IMG/VR virus record: IMGVR_UViG_3300046490_000035
Span: 1-49,166 of that record
DNA: 49,166 nucleotides
Source: a virus
Taxonomy: Duplodnaviria > Caudoviricetes
Reading direction: 5' to 3' (one strand)
Part shown: positions 32,784 to 40,756 of the stretch, piece by piece
Layout: every line of letters begins with the position of its first letter
Numbering within the stretch: position 1 is the first letter of the stretch
Notes under the pieces: generated by a model
What the model was told of the DNA's origin: nothing
Database searches by the model: none
What the model saw: the letters and a program-made list of their open reading frames with translations, nothing else
Translations under genes and position numbers: made by a program

Positions 32784-33082
32784 CAGTCCTCCCTCACGTC
32801 GCAACCCCATCCGATCTGCCCAAACCCAAGGTCGATCAGTGTTTTGTGCGTGATACCGTCAGTAATTCCGTTGTAGCGCTCCACGGCCTCCCCGAAGTCC
32901 CAGAAATCGCGCTCCAAGTTCCCGTCGCCCCGCCCCGAGACTAAGACCCGCCACTTTGGGCGCACGTTCTTACCCGTAGGTAGTAGGCCCACCAGGGCAA
33001 TCAAACTGACCCGCACGCGGCCTCCCGGGTAGCTCGGGTGCCAGTCCTCCGTACTCGTGACCAATTTCGCCGCGCTTACCAT
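32783..33082 (-). CDS. Hypothetical phage protein
   Basis: T.EDWHPSYP..V...WRV.VSG.GD..LERDF motif; packed ORF. Confidence 0.6.
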   Translation of the reverse strand: MVSAAKLVTSTEDWHPSYPGGRVRVSLIALVGLLPTGKNVRPKWRVLVSGRGDGNLERDFWDFGEAVERYNGITDGITHKTLIDLGFGQIGWGCDVRED

Positions 33083-33447
33083 GGCACACTCAACAGTTTC
33101 GCCGCCGCGTTCCCGGACTTAACCGCAAGCTCCAAGCTCCTGCGGAGATCGTCCGCCGCTTCCATTTTGAGGGAGTCGTAGTAGTCTCCTTCACCGTCGG
33201 CGAAGTTCTTCTCATTCTCAACGCTCACCCCTCCGAGGTTGGCGAAGCCCGTGAATTCCTCCCCGTTCTCCCCCGTCACCCTGGCCGTGACAGTGACAAG
33301 CGCCCAAGCCCACACGTCTCCTCGGTTCCGGCGTTCGATGATCTCGTCCTCGCACGCCTTGTCCGCCTCGTCGTCCCCCGAGGCCATCACATTGCCGCGC
33401 ACGGCGATATCGTCCTGCTCCACTGACAGTGTATATTCGATTTTCAT
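33076..33447 (-). CDS. Acidic hypothetical phage protein
   Basis: ATG at 33447 overlaps the upstream TGA; MKIEYTLSVEQDD... Confidence 0.6.
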   Translation of the reverse strand: MKIEYTLSVEQDDIAVRGNVMASGDDEADKACEDEIIERRNRGDVWAWALVTVTARVTGENGEEFTGFANLGGVSVENEKNFADGEGDYYDSLKMEAADDLRRSLELAVKSGNAAAKLLSVPW

Positions 33448-33536
33448 CGCATTGCCCTCACATGTAGTGAAACCACGATTAGGAAAACCAAGGCCAGCGA
33501 CAAGCCCTCGGGTGTGAGCCATTGACTGGAGTGCAT
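33444..33536 (-). CDS. 30-aa single-pass membrane peptide
   Basis: MHSSQWLTPEGLSLALVFLIVVSLHVRAMR; TAATG and ATGA coupling on both sides. Confidence 0.5.
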   Translation of the reverse strand: MHSSQWLTPEGLSLALVFLIVVSLHVRAMR

Positions 33537-34120
33537 TACTCCTCGTCCTTGGGATCCGGCTTGTAGTAAACGACCTCCATCCACCCTTCCCCCAAGTACA
33601 AATAGCCGTGCTCCCCCCCTAGGCGTTCGCCGCACAGTAGGCAGTGCGCGTGCCTGGCCTTCGGCCGGTATGAGCGCGAGCTGGCGCAGGGATTAGCCTG
33701 CCCGAGCTTGGCGTCTGCCCGGGTGACCTTGCCTGGGTGGTACTTGGGCACGGGACAGGCGGCCTCCCCACTCGACGCGAAGGACGCGACCTTGCGCCAG
33801 CGCTCACCCTTCACAACGATGGTCCTGGGTGGGAGGTGATCCCCGTAGGACCCGGAGTCCCACACCAGCGTCGTGTAGCTGCCCCTGTACCGCTGGCGGC
33901 CAAGCTCCATGTACTCGGACGCGCCCTCGTACCAGTAGCGGGCCCATTTACGCCGGAGCTTGGTCACGATGGGGAAATGGTCGCGCTCATTCGGCCTGTA
34001 CTCCATTTCCGTCCATTTGTAGGCGTACCGGAGGGGCTTCGATTCCAGCTCTCCTCCCGTGAGTCCGAAAACCCACTCCACCTGCTCGCGCTCTTTGGGA
34101 TCGATTTCGGGGTAGCTCAT
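33536..34120 (-). CDS. Hypothetical protein (Trp/Tyr-rich, C-terminal Cys/His cluster)
   Basis: 194-aa ORF with RBS GGAGG. Confidence 0.6.
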   Translation of the reverse strand: MSYPEIDPKEREQVEWVFGLTGGELESKPLRYAYKWTEMEYRPNERDHFPIVTKLRRKWARYWYEGASEYMELGRQRYRGSYTTLVWDSGSYGDHLPPRTIVVKGERWRKVASFASSGEAACPVPKYHPGKVTRADAKLGQANPCASSRSYRPKARHAHCLLCGERLGGEHGYLYLGEGWMEVVYYKPDPKDEE

Positions 34121-34177
34121 GATTCAGACCTCCCACCCTACGAGTGCGGCTCGTACAGCGGTCTTTGTGTAGCGGGT

Positions 34178-34199
34178 CCCTTCGTGTTTGGGCATGGCT
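34178..34199. repeat. 22-bp direct repeat, copy 2
   Basis: Identical to 32762..32783; covers the start of a 23-aa ORF MPKHEGTRYTK... Confidence 0.85.
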
Positions 34200-34400
34200 T
34201 CACCAGATTTCTGTGTACTCGGCTTTGCGGGACAGCCGGCCGGGGGTGTGGGTGTCGTTGTACTCCTTGCAGCGAGCGCGGGCTTCCTCCTCCGTCGCCA
34301 CCTTGTCGATTGTGGTCTTGCGCGCGCCCGGGTCCGGCACCTTGTGTCCCGTGGTCTCCTCGACACGCCACCAGTTGCAAACGTAGACCCTGAAGCTCAT
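34200..34400 (-). CDS. Hypothetical phage protein (TEEEAR..C..YN.TH.PGRLSRKAE)
   Basis: ATGA coupling; RBS GGAGAG. Confidence 0.6.
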   Translation of the reverse strand: MSFRVYVCNWWRVEETTGHKVPDPGARKTTIDKVATEEEARARCKEYNDTHTPGRLSRKAEYTEIW

Positions 34401-34711
34401 TTTAGCTCTCCCTTCTCCACTGTTAGTGTGACAGTTCCCGACGCGCGATAGACCTCGGCTACGTCTCGAATCTGGTGGTTCGCGTCCCAGACCATGAACG
34501 TGCCAGGCCCCTTGGTCTGGCGTGTTCTCACATAGTAAACCCCCTCGCTCACCATGTGTCCGTCCTTGGTCATGAGCTTTTTGATGACGTCATGCCCGAG
34601 CCCCCTGAGAGCTTTTCGGAGTGCGTACCAGAAAGCCGACTCGTTGCGGGGGAGCGCGTCCCCAGGTTCACGGGTCACGACCAAGCGAGAGCCGCTCATT
34701 TCGAGTTTCAC
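34397..34711 (-). CDS. Hypothetical phage protein (KK.M.KDGHMV)
   Basis: RBS AAAGGA before GTG. Confidence 0.6.
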   Translation of the reverse strand: MKLEMSGSRLVVTREPGDALPRNESAFWYALRKALRGLGHDVIKKLMTKDGHMVSEGVYYVRTRQTKGPGTFMVWDANHQIRDVAEVYRASGTVTLTVEKGELK

Positions 34712-34783
34712 GGGGTCTGTCCTTTGTTGACTGAGTGTGTACCATCACAGAGCCGAAGTGTTTCGGCCCTGCATGCTGCACAC

Positions 34784-35158
34784 TTAGGGTGTTTGGTAAA
34801 TCAGGCCATCGTCTCCCACGTAGAGGTCAACCTCTCCGAAGGCATGCGCGGCTTTCGTGAGTCGGTCTCCCACCTCCCCAAGTCCTCGGTCCCAGAATCC
34901 CGCGCCGTGCCGATTCCTGGTTAACCAAAAGTCACGCCCGTTGCAGTCGGGCTCGCGAGCGTTCCCCAGGTCCTCCCAATGCTTCGCCTGAAACTGCTTG
35001 CAGTTTGAGGCCATTTTTCCCAGGGTCTCTTGGGCCAGGTCTTCCGGGTCATAATTCTTGCCGAGCGGCTCTCCTCCCGAATCGTCCGAGAATTCGGAGG
35101 ACCAGAGCGCGCATTCGATGTAACCTAGCGTAAACTTGTCCAGTTTGAAGCCCTTCAC
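34784..35158 (-). CDS. Conserved acidic phage protein (DFWLTRN.HGAGFWDRG family)
   Basis: YIECALWSS...DFWLTRNRHGAGFWDRG...YVGDDGLIY, a recurrent phage family of unknown function; start approximate. Confidence 0.7.
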   Translation of the reverse strand: MKGFKLDKFTLGYIECALWSSEFSDDSGGEPLGKNYDPEDLAQETLGKMASNCKQFQAKHWEDLGNAREPDCNGRDFWLTRNRHGAGFWDRGLGEVGDRLTKAAHAFGEVDLYVGDDGLIYQTP

Positions 35159-35166
35159 CTCGCAGG

Positions 35167-35541
35167 TCACAAGTCGCCCCTGTCTTCCTTGCACCCGTCC
35201 AGAGTCCACACAGAGCCGTCCGTTTCGCACTCCAGGCGTTCCAACCACTGGCACTGCGAGCCATCCACATTCAGCTCGTCCACCGTACAGACGGAGTCCC
35301 CAAACTCCACGATTTCGCTCTCGTCCAAGGGTAGCTGGGGCTCATTCACAAGCAGTGCGGCCCCTGCTAAAATCGCTCCGAGCATGTTCACTCCTAGGCA
35401 GGCATTGCAGGTTTGCCGTTCATTTCCACGGGGAGGCCGGTGAATCCACCGACGGAGAACTGATTTCCAGTGTCGGAGGAGCCAGCCGAGGTTTTTCACG
35501 AGTCTCGTGTTCCCGCCGTTCGCATCACGTACGCAAGCCAT
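35167..35541 (-). CDS. Hypothetical protein(s); may be two genes (VKNLGWLLRH motif part and an acidic Cys-containing part starting at ATG 35385)
   Basis: Single ORF with an internal RBS AGGAG + ATG at 35385. Confidence 0.45.
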   Translation of the reverse strand: MACVRDANGGNTRLVKNLGWLLRHWKSVLRRWIHRPPRGNERQTCNACLGVNMLGAILAGAALLVNEPQLPLDESEIVEFGDSVCTVDELNVDGSQCQWLERLECETDGSVWTLDGCKEDRGDL

Positions 35542-35544
35542 GGC

Positions 35545-35763
35545 TCAACCCACCTTGTTCCACTCGTGCGCGTTCTCGGGAGTGAGATACCCCGATTCGT
35601 AGAGTCCATACTTCACGGGGAGCTTAAAGTCGTCCGGGCGGGTCTTCCACGTCTTGCACTTGCCAGAGACACGAATGCGCATCGGAGTCCCGTCCGCGTT
35701 CTTCTTGGTCACATGCTCGAAACGGGTTCCTGTCAGCGCGTCGTCTTTGGTCATCATGTTCAC
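35545..35763 (-). CDS. Conserved small phage protein (KTWKTRP..F.LPVKYGLY)
   Basis: Recognisable motif; RBS GGAG. Confidence 0.65.
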   Translation of the reverse strand: MNMMTKDDALTGTRFEHVTKKNADGTPMRIRVSGKCKTWKTRPDDFKLPVKYGLYESGYLTPENAHEWNKVG

Positions 35764-35769
35764 TCCAGG

Positions 35770-36069
35770 TTAACCGAGCTCGTTTGCAGAATCGATGAGA
35801 AGCCGAACCGCCGAACCGTCCCGACTCTTTTCCGCTGGGATCAGGACAGAGACGTACACCTTGAAGGTCTCAACCCCTACCATTGGAGTCGCTTGGCTCG
35901 TACCGCAGTGGTGGGCGTAGGCGTAGGGTCTCGCCAGCACTGCGGACCATGGCCACTCGGGGCTCTCGCGTTCGAACCCCAAAACCACGGCATTCGAGAA
36001 AGACCCCTCGAACGTCCGAACCACGGACCCCACCTTGATTTCTCCCATGCTTTCGACTGTGCGTTCCAT
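35770..36069 (-). CDS. Hypothetical phage protein (LARPYAY)
   Basis: RBS GGAG; packed ORF. Confidence 0.6.
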   Translation of the reverse strand: MERTVESMGEIKVGSVVRTFEGSFSNAVVLGFERESPEWPWSAVLARPYAYAHHCGTSQATPMVGVETFKVYVSVLIPAEKSRDGSAVRLLIDSANELG

Positions 36070-36071
36070 GT

Positions 36072-36152
36072 TTACTCCAGGTAATCGCGGGTTGCCCGAC
36101 CTACCACGTGAGAAATCACAAGCAGGACAAGGATTCCAAGTGTTATGAGCAT
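36072..36152 (-). CDS. 26-aa single-pass membrane peptide
   Basis: MLITLGILVLLVISHVVGRATRDYLE; RBS AGGAG. Confidence 0.45.
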   Translation of the reverse strand: MLITLGILVLLVISHVVGRATRDYLE

Positions 36153-36169
36153 ACGTTCATTACTCCTAC

Positions 36170-36718
36170 AGTTAAGAGCACCATGACCTGCCCCAGGTCT
36201 GCTAACGTGGGGCAGGCTTGCTACTCTGGCCTCTCTCACAGGCCTTGAACGAATGATGAGTCGCGTTCGGTGGTGGGGTTGTTGGCGTAGCATCTCCGGA
36301 AAGTGTCGTCGGTCGCTTACGCTCCATGCCCCTGTCGCGCAGTCGCACCATCCCCCTCCGTTAGGAGTCTCGCTCGCTTGGAGCAGTCGGGCTTGTACGT
36401 GTGCAGTCGGCTGGCACCGCCTCAGAGGAACCGTCCTAGACCGGACTCGGCCCGCACTCTCGCGGACCTACCCCAGCCACCTTGCGATGGCGCAGCGATT
36501 CTCGGGCGCACTCGATGTCGGAGTGCTGATGCGCCCTACTTTCCGGGGTCCTGGTCGTGCCTCGCTAACCCCTTGCATGGCGCCGCTCCGGCCGATGCAC
36601 CGTTAGTGAGTAGCCTTGTCGTCTGCCCAGAGGGCAAGTCGCTTCGGGCTTGGTTCCTACGTTCGTTCATGGTCCGGGAGGGGAATGCTCCCTCGTTCCC
36701 GCGTTGACGGGCGGACCG
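36170..36718 (-). ncRNA. Candidate large structured non-coding RNA
   Basis: ~570 nt without a convincing ORF in an otherwise gene-dense operon; multiple GC-rich hairpins, including a GCAA-capped one. Confidence 0.4.
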
Positions 36719-36724
36719 GTGAAG

Positions 36725-37078
36725 CTACTCTCGAGAGTCACGGAAGGTCTGACGGCTCCCCGGACAAGTTGTGGGGCTCGGTCCTACGCTGTGAGTCGAG
36801 ATTTGCCAGGTGATGCAACGGTCCTGGTATCGAACCGGAACCGTCTGGCCGCAGACGGGGCAGTCGATTGTTGGGGTTGTTGACGGCGCGAGCACCTTAT
36901 CGAGGTCGTTCATGTTCCGCATCGGGAGGCCCTTGGCCCTCTCGTCCTGGAGTAGCGCCAGCTGTGCTTTGAGCTTGGCCACTGCGGAGTGAAAGTTACG
37001 GTTCCCTTCGGTTTGGCAGAGGATGGCGAGGCACTCGGCCTCTGTGAGCTGCAACGGGTCGTTCGCAGTGTGTTTCAT
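36725..37078 (-). CDS. Hypothetical protein, likely first early gene (CPVC..H..C zinc-binding motif)
   Basis: RBS AGGA; follows a ~210 nt intergenic region. Confidence 0.6.
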   Translation of the reverse strand: MKHTANDPLQLTEAECLAILCQTEGNRNFHSAVAKLKAQLALLQDERAKGLPMRNMNDLDKVLAPSTTPTIDCPVCGQTVPVRYQDRCITWQISTHSVGPSPTTCPGSRQTFRDSRE

Positions 37079-37290
37079 GTTTGGTTTCCTACTACACGTG
37101 CCGTGCCAGATGGCGATCGTAGTGAATACAAGGGGTTATATAACTACCTGTTTGGGTTGTGCGTCGAGTGCTTCGCGGTTGGAGGGTGCTGGCGATCGGC
37201 GTAAGCGCTTGATTCACAGGCTGTTTATGGTACAGCGGGTATGTGCGTCGTTTAGGTGGCACACTGTGTAATGTACTACGCGCTGGCATA

Positions 37291-37641
37291 CTACCCGTTT
37301 GGGTCTTCGGTGGGGGAGCCGAGGAGAGCCGCGAGGCGGGAGTCCTGGTCTGGACCCAAGGAGTCGAGCGCCGAACGGAGTAGATGCTGTATGAGGTCAG
37401 GCATGCGCGAGAGTGGGTGCGCGTCGAGCATCTTGCCTTTGAGTGGATATTGCAGGTTGTGAAGGTACTCGTTCGCAGCCGTCATATTTCGCTGTCTACC
37501 AATGAGATTAGCGCGGGCGAGCTGCGCGGGTGTCAGTTCACGAGGGCTGTGGAGTTGCTTACAGTGAGAACGAATGGCGTCGTTCAAGTCTCGGAGGTCA
37601 GAGTACAGATCGACGTCAGCTACGAAATTCACCTGTGGCAT
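37291..37641 (-). CDS. Putative DNA-binding protein (RHH-like with insertion)
   Basis: RBS AGGAG; VNFVAD.DLY..L ... MPDLIQHLLRSAL; adjacent to the AT-rich region. Confidence 0.5.
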   Translation of the reverse strand: MPQVNFVADVDLYSDLRDLNDAIRSHCKQLHSPRELTPAQLARANLIGRQRNMTAANEYLHNLQYPLKGKMLDAHPLSRMPDLIQHLLRSALDSLGPDQDSRLAALLGSPTEDPNG

Positions 37642-37649
37642 ATATTGAG

Positions 37650-37960
37650 TTCTCCTGTGATTCCGTGGGGTTGCAAATGTTACAGATGACTCTCAGTGAT
37701 TCACCAGTAAATACAACGATGTAGACGATTCAGTTTCTCCGAAAACTCCTTTAGGGAGATATACCTATACTACTCTATAACTTCTTTTCTCTTCTCTCTT
37801 ATCTTCTGAAAAGGATAAATCATCTACAGAGATGTAATTACTCAGGTTTTTGGTTTTAGGTGTTAGAGATATACACACAGTTATAAATTCACATAACGTC
37901 AACGCCTTTCGGCTTGCGCCGACTCTGCACACCCCGAGCGGAAGCCGTGTAGAATCGGGT
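37650..37960. promoter_or_regulatory. AT-rich divergent control region; candidate replication origin and divergent promoters
   Basis: Sharp drop in GC, pyrimidine tract, 26-bp imperfect inverted repeat (37707..37732 / 37816..37841), at the divergence point of both gene blocks. Confidence 0.6.
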
Positions 37961-37961
37961 T

Positions 37962-38666
37962 ATGAGCAAGAGTCCAAAACCAGAACCGATCGCGAAGCCG
38001 AGTAATCGGCGCGTGGTGTTTGCGCGGGTGTGGCTCGCCAACGGGCGCAACGGGGCAGAAGCCGCAAGGTCCGTGGGCGTCCCCACCAAATCAGCGACGC
38101 AAACCGCCGCGCGCTGGCTCCACGATCCGCAAGTCCTAGCCATCATCGCCGAAGAAGACGCACGTCTTGTCTCACAGTCACGTGCACTCACAGACAAGAT
38201 GGCGCTGACTGCGGAGAACCTGGATCGAGAAACAGCGCGCATCGCGCTTCGCGACCCCAAGGGCCTGGTTGGTCCTGGGGGCTCGCTGCTCTCGCCCGAT
38301 GAACTGCCAGAGGACCTGCGGCGCTCTATCCGGTCAGTGAAGGTCTCGACGGACAAGGACGGGACAGTGAACTACAGCTACAGCTTCGAACCCAAGACAG
38401 AGTCAATCACTACTGGTTACAGGCGACTTGGTTTACTCAAAGACAAGGTCGAGGTTGAGGTCAAGAGTCATGCAGAGCTTGTCATGGCTGCATTCACCAT
38501 GAGTGCCGAATCCCAGAGGGCAGGGTCGCAAGTCGTTGACGTGACTGATAGTGACGAGACAAATGACGTCATTGATCGTGGGGGTGGGGGGGTGGGGGGC
38601 GTGCCCAAACTGGCGGGGGCGAGCCGAAAAACCGAGGCCCCACCCCGGGAGCCATGGGAAAAGTAG
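37962..38666 (+). CDS. terS: Terminase small subunit
   Basis: F.R.WL.NG.N..EAAR..G....A...A.RWL..P.V HTH; L.LLKDKVEV; upstream of terL. Confidence 0.85.
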   Translation: MSKSPKPEPIAKPSNRRVVFARVWLANGRNGAEAARSVGVPTKSATQTAARWLHDPQVLAIIAEEDARLVSQSRALTDKMALTAENLDRETARIALRDPKGLVGPGGSLLSPDELPEDLRRSIRSVKVSTDKDGTVNYSYSFEPKTESITTGYRRLGLLKDKVEVEVKSHAELVMAAFTMSAESQRAGSQVVDVTDSDETNDVIDRGGGGVGGVPKLAGASRKTEAPPREPWEK

Positions 38667-38695
38667 GGAATTCAGACCACTTCACTGAGAGTCAC

Positions 38696-38866
38696 ATGCG
38701 CGGAACGGTCAGAGTGTGGCGTGGCAGGATCAGAGCACCAAGACCTTGGCGCACTCCACGCCCCAGGAACAAGTTCAAGCGTTGGTGGCGCACCATCAAG
38801 AAGAAGCCCTTCCTGGTGGACCCCACCACGATGGAACTGGTACCTTTCAGCAGAGGACAGACATGA
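38696..38866 (+). CDS. Small Arg/Trp-rich hypothetical protein
   Basis: ATGA overlap with the terL start; start uncertain. Confidence 0.35.
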   Translation: MRGTVRVWRGRIRAPRPWRTPRPRNKFKRWWRTIKKKPFLVDPTTMELVPFSRGQT

Positions 38867-40365
38867 CCAAAGCCCCAGCCTGGACGAAGGACGAACAGAA
38901 GGTCCTGAACCAGATCCAAAGCTGGTACAACGATCCAGTCACATTCGTGAAGCAAATGTTCGGCATCGTGCCGGACGACTGGCAGATCGACTACCTGAAC
39001 CACATCGCGCTGGGCCCGGAGCCTCGCACAGGGGCCTCCGCCTGCAAGGGCCCCGGCAAGACGTGCGCCGAGGCATGGGCCATCTGGTGGTTCGTGTACA
39101 CGCGGCCCGACGCCCAGGTGATTTGCACGTCCATCACCGCCGACAACCTCCGCGACAACCTGTGGAAGGAGCTGTCGCTCTGGTACTCCAAGGCCCCCGC
39201 CCTGCAACACGCCTTCGAGATCAGAGGGGAACGCATCGTCAGCCGCACCCGACCGAAGACGTGGTTCTGCGCGGCCCGGTCTTGGCCCCAGGACGCAGAC
39301 CAAACCCGTCAGGCCGACGCCCTCGCCGGATTCCACGGCAAGCACGTCATGTTCGTGCTCGACGAGATGGGCTCCTACCCGCTCGGCGTGCTGATGGCGG
39401 CTGAGGCGATCTTCTCAAACAAGGACGTGGATGAGGCAAAGCTCATCGCGGCTTGGAACCCCACCTCCACCCAGCACGCGGCCTACCACGTCTGCACCCG
39501 CGACCGGGGCCGGTGGAACATCATCAACATCTCTGGCGATCCTGAGGACCCCAAGCGCTCCCCGCGCATCTCGAAGGACTGGGCCCAGGGGCTCATCGAC
39601 CTGTTCGGCCGGGACAACGACTACGTCCGCGTCAACGTGCTCGGCCTCTTCCCTCTTGTGGGGGAGGACAAGCTCCTCGGACCGGACCAAGTGGCGGCGG
39701 CGCAGAAAAGGGACGTGCCTCTCAGAGCGCTCGACGGGGAGGCCAGCGTGTGGGGACTCGACGTGGCGCGCTTCGGGGGCGACAGAAGCGTCCTCCGCGA
39801 GCGCTGTGGGCCCGTGGCGATGCGTCCGCACGTCTGGCGGCAGTTGGACGGCCCCTCCCTCGCGCAGCGCGTGGTGAACGTCCTGGAGCACGCCAAGAGG
39901 TCTCCCGACTACCTCTTCATCGACGTGACTGGCGGAGCTGGAGCGTCGCCCTACGACCACCTCGTACTGATGGGCTGGGGTCACATCGCAATTCCTGTGG
40001 AATTTGGCGGGTCTGCGGACGACCCGAAGTTCTGCGACAAGCGGACGGAGATGTACTGGAGGATGGCTCACTGGCTGAAAAAGTACGGGTGCCTGCCAAA
40101 AGACAGCTCGGAGCTTGCCCAGGAGTTGACAGAACCTTCCTTCGGGTATCGGACCCGTGCTAAACTGACCAGGCTTGCGCTTGAAACCAAAGAGGAATTG
40201 CGCAGGCGAGGGGTGGCATCACCTGACGAAGCGGACGCACTGGCTCTGACGTTTTACCAAGAACGCACGCCGAAGCGGGAGTTCTTGAAGTCCATGAACG
40301 AGATCGCTCACAGGGAAGGTGGACTGATCCACACTCCTACCTGGGCGGAGAAGATGAGGAGCTGA
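38863..40365 (+). CDS. terL: Terminase large subunit
   Basis: PD.WQ, KGPGKT Walker A, FVLDE Walker B, NP, GLDVARFGGD nuclease, SPDEADALALTF. Confidence 0.95.
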   Translation: MTKAPAWTKDEQKVLNQIQSWYNDPVTFVKQMFGIVPDDWQIDYLNHIALGPEPRTGASACKGPGKTCAEAWAIWWFVYTRPDAQVICTSITADNLRDNLWKELSLWYSKAPALQHAFEIRGERIVSRTRPKTWFCAARSWPQDADQTRQADALAGFHGKHVMFVLDEMGSYPLGVLMAAEAIFSNKDVDEAKLIAAWNPTSTQHAAYHVCTRDRGRWNIINISGDPEDPKRSPRISKDWAQGLIDLFGRDNDYVRVNVLGLFPLVGEDKLLGPDQVAAAQKRDVPLRALDGEASVWGLDVARFGGDRSVLRERCGPVAMRPHVWRQLDGPSLAQRVVNVLEHAKRSPDYLFIDVTGGAGASPYDHLVLMGWGHIAIPVEFGGSADDPKFCDKRTEMYWRMAHWLKKYGCLPKDSSELAQELTEPSFGYRTRAKLTRLALETKEELRRRGVASPDEADALALTFYQERTPKREFLKSMNEIAHREGGLIHTPTWAEKMRS

Positions 40366-40369
40366 CCCA

Positions 40370-40756
40370 ATGGGCTTTGGCGGAGAAGGAGACCATAGTA
40401 AGATCTGGGCGAACGTGATAGCGAATTCGTCCACTCAGCAGGAGCTGGCGAGTATCGCAGCTCTCACGCCCCCTAGCGCTCCTGACATGATGGACGCGCA
40501 GGTCATCCAGGCACAGATCCAGAAGAAGCGTGAGCTGGCCGGCAACTCTGGAAGCGCGAGCACGTTCATCACCGGGCCTGCGGGTCTCAACGGGCCGTCA
40601 TCGTCCATCGCCAAGGACTTCATCCTGGCGAAGTTCCGCAACACCCAACCCGCGCCAGGGCAGACGGCGGACACCCAGAAGGCAGGCTCCGCTCTCGGAG
40701 GGCTGTTCTCCACCATCGACCAAATGCAGGTGGGCTTCTTCGGGAAGGCCAAGTGA
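40370..40756 (+). CDS. Small virion-associated protein upstream of the portal
   Basis: ST.ITGP.G motif and position typical of the podophage pre-portal gene. Confidence 0.6.
   Translation: MGFGGEGDHSKIWANVIANSSTQQELASIAALTPPSAPDMMDAQVIQAQIQKKRELAGNSGSASTFITGPAGLNGPSSSIAKDFILAKFRNTQPAPGQTADTQKAGSALGGLFSTIDQMQVGFFGKAK

Noticed and set aside
16736-36205. Shared 11-mer TTAGCAGACCT in two intergenic hairpins (16736..16746 on +, 36195..36205 on -)
   Set aside because: An 11-nt match can arise by chance at this genome size and I saw no third copy; not supportable without covariation data.
37093-37108. Sigma54 promoter (TGGCACG-N4-GTGTA on the minus strand)
   Set aside because: The -12 GC is not conserved and the implied start would leave only a few nt before the ATG.
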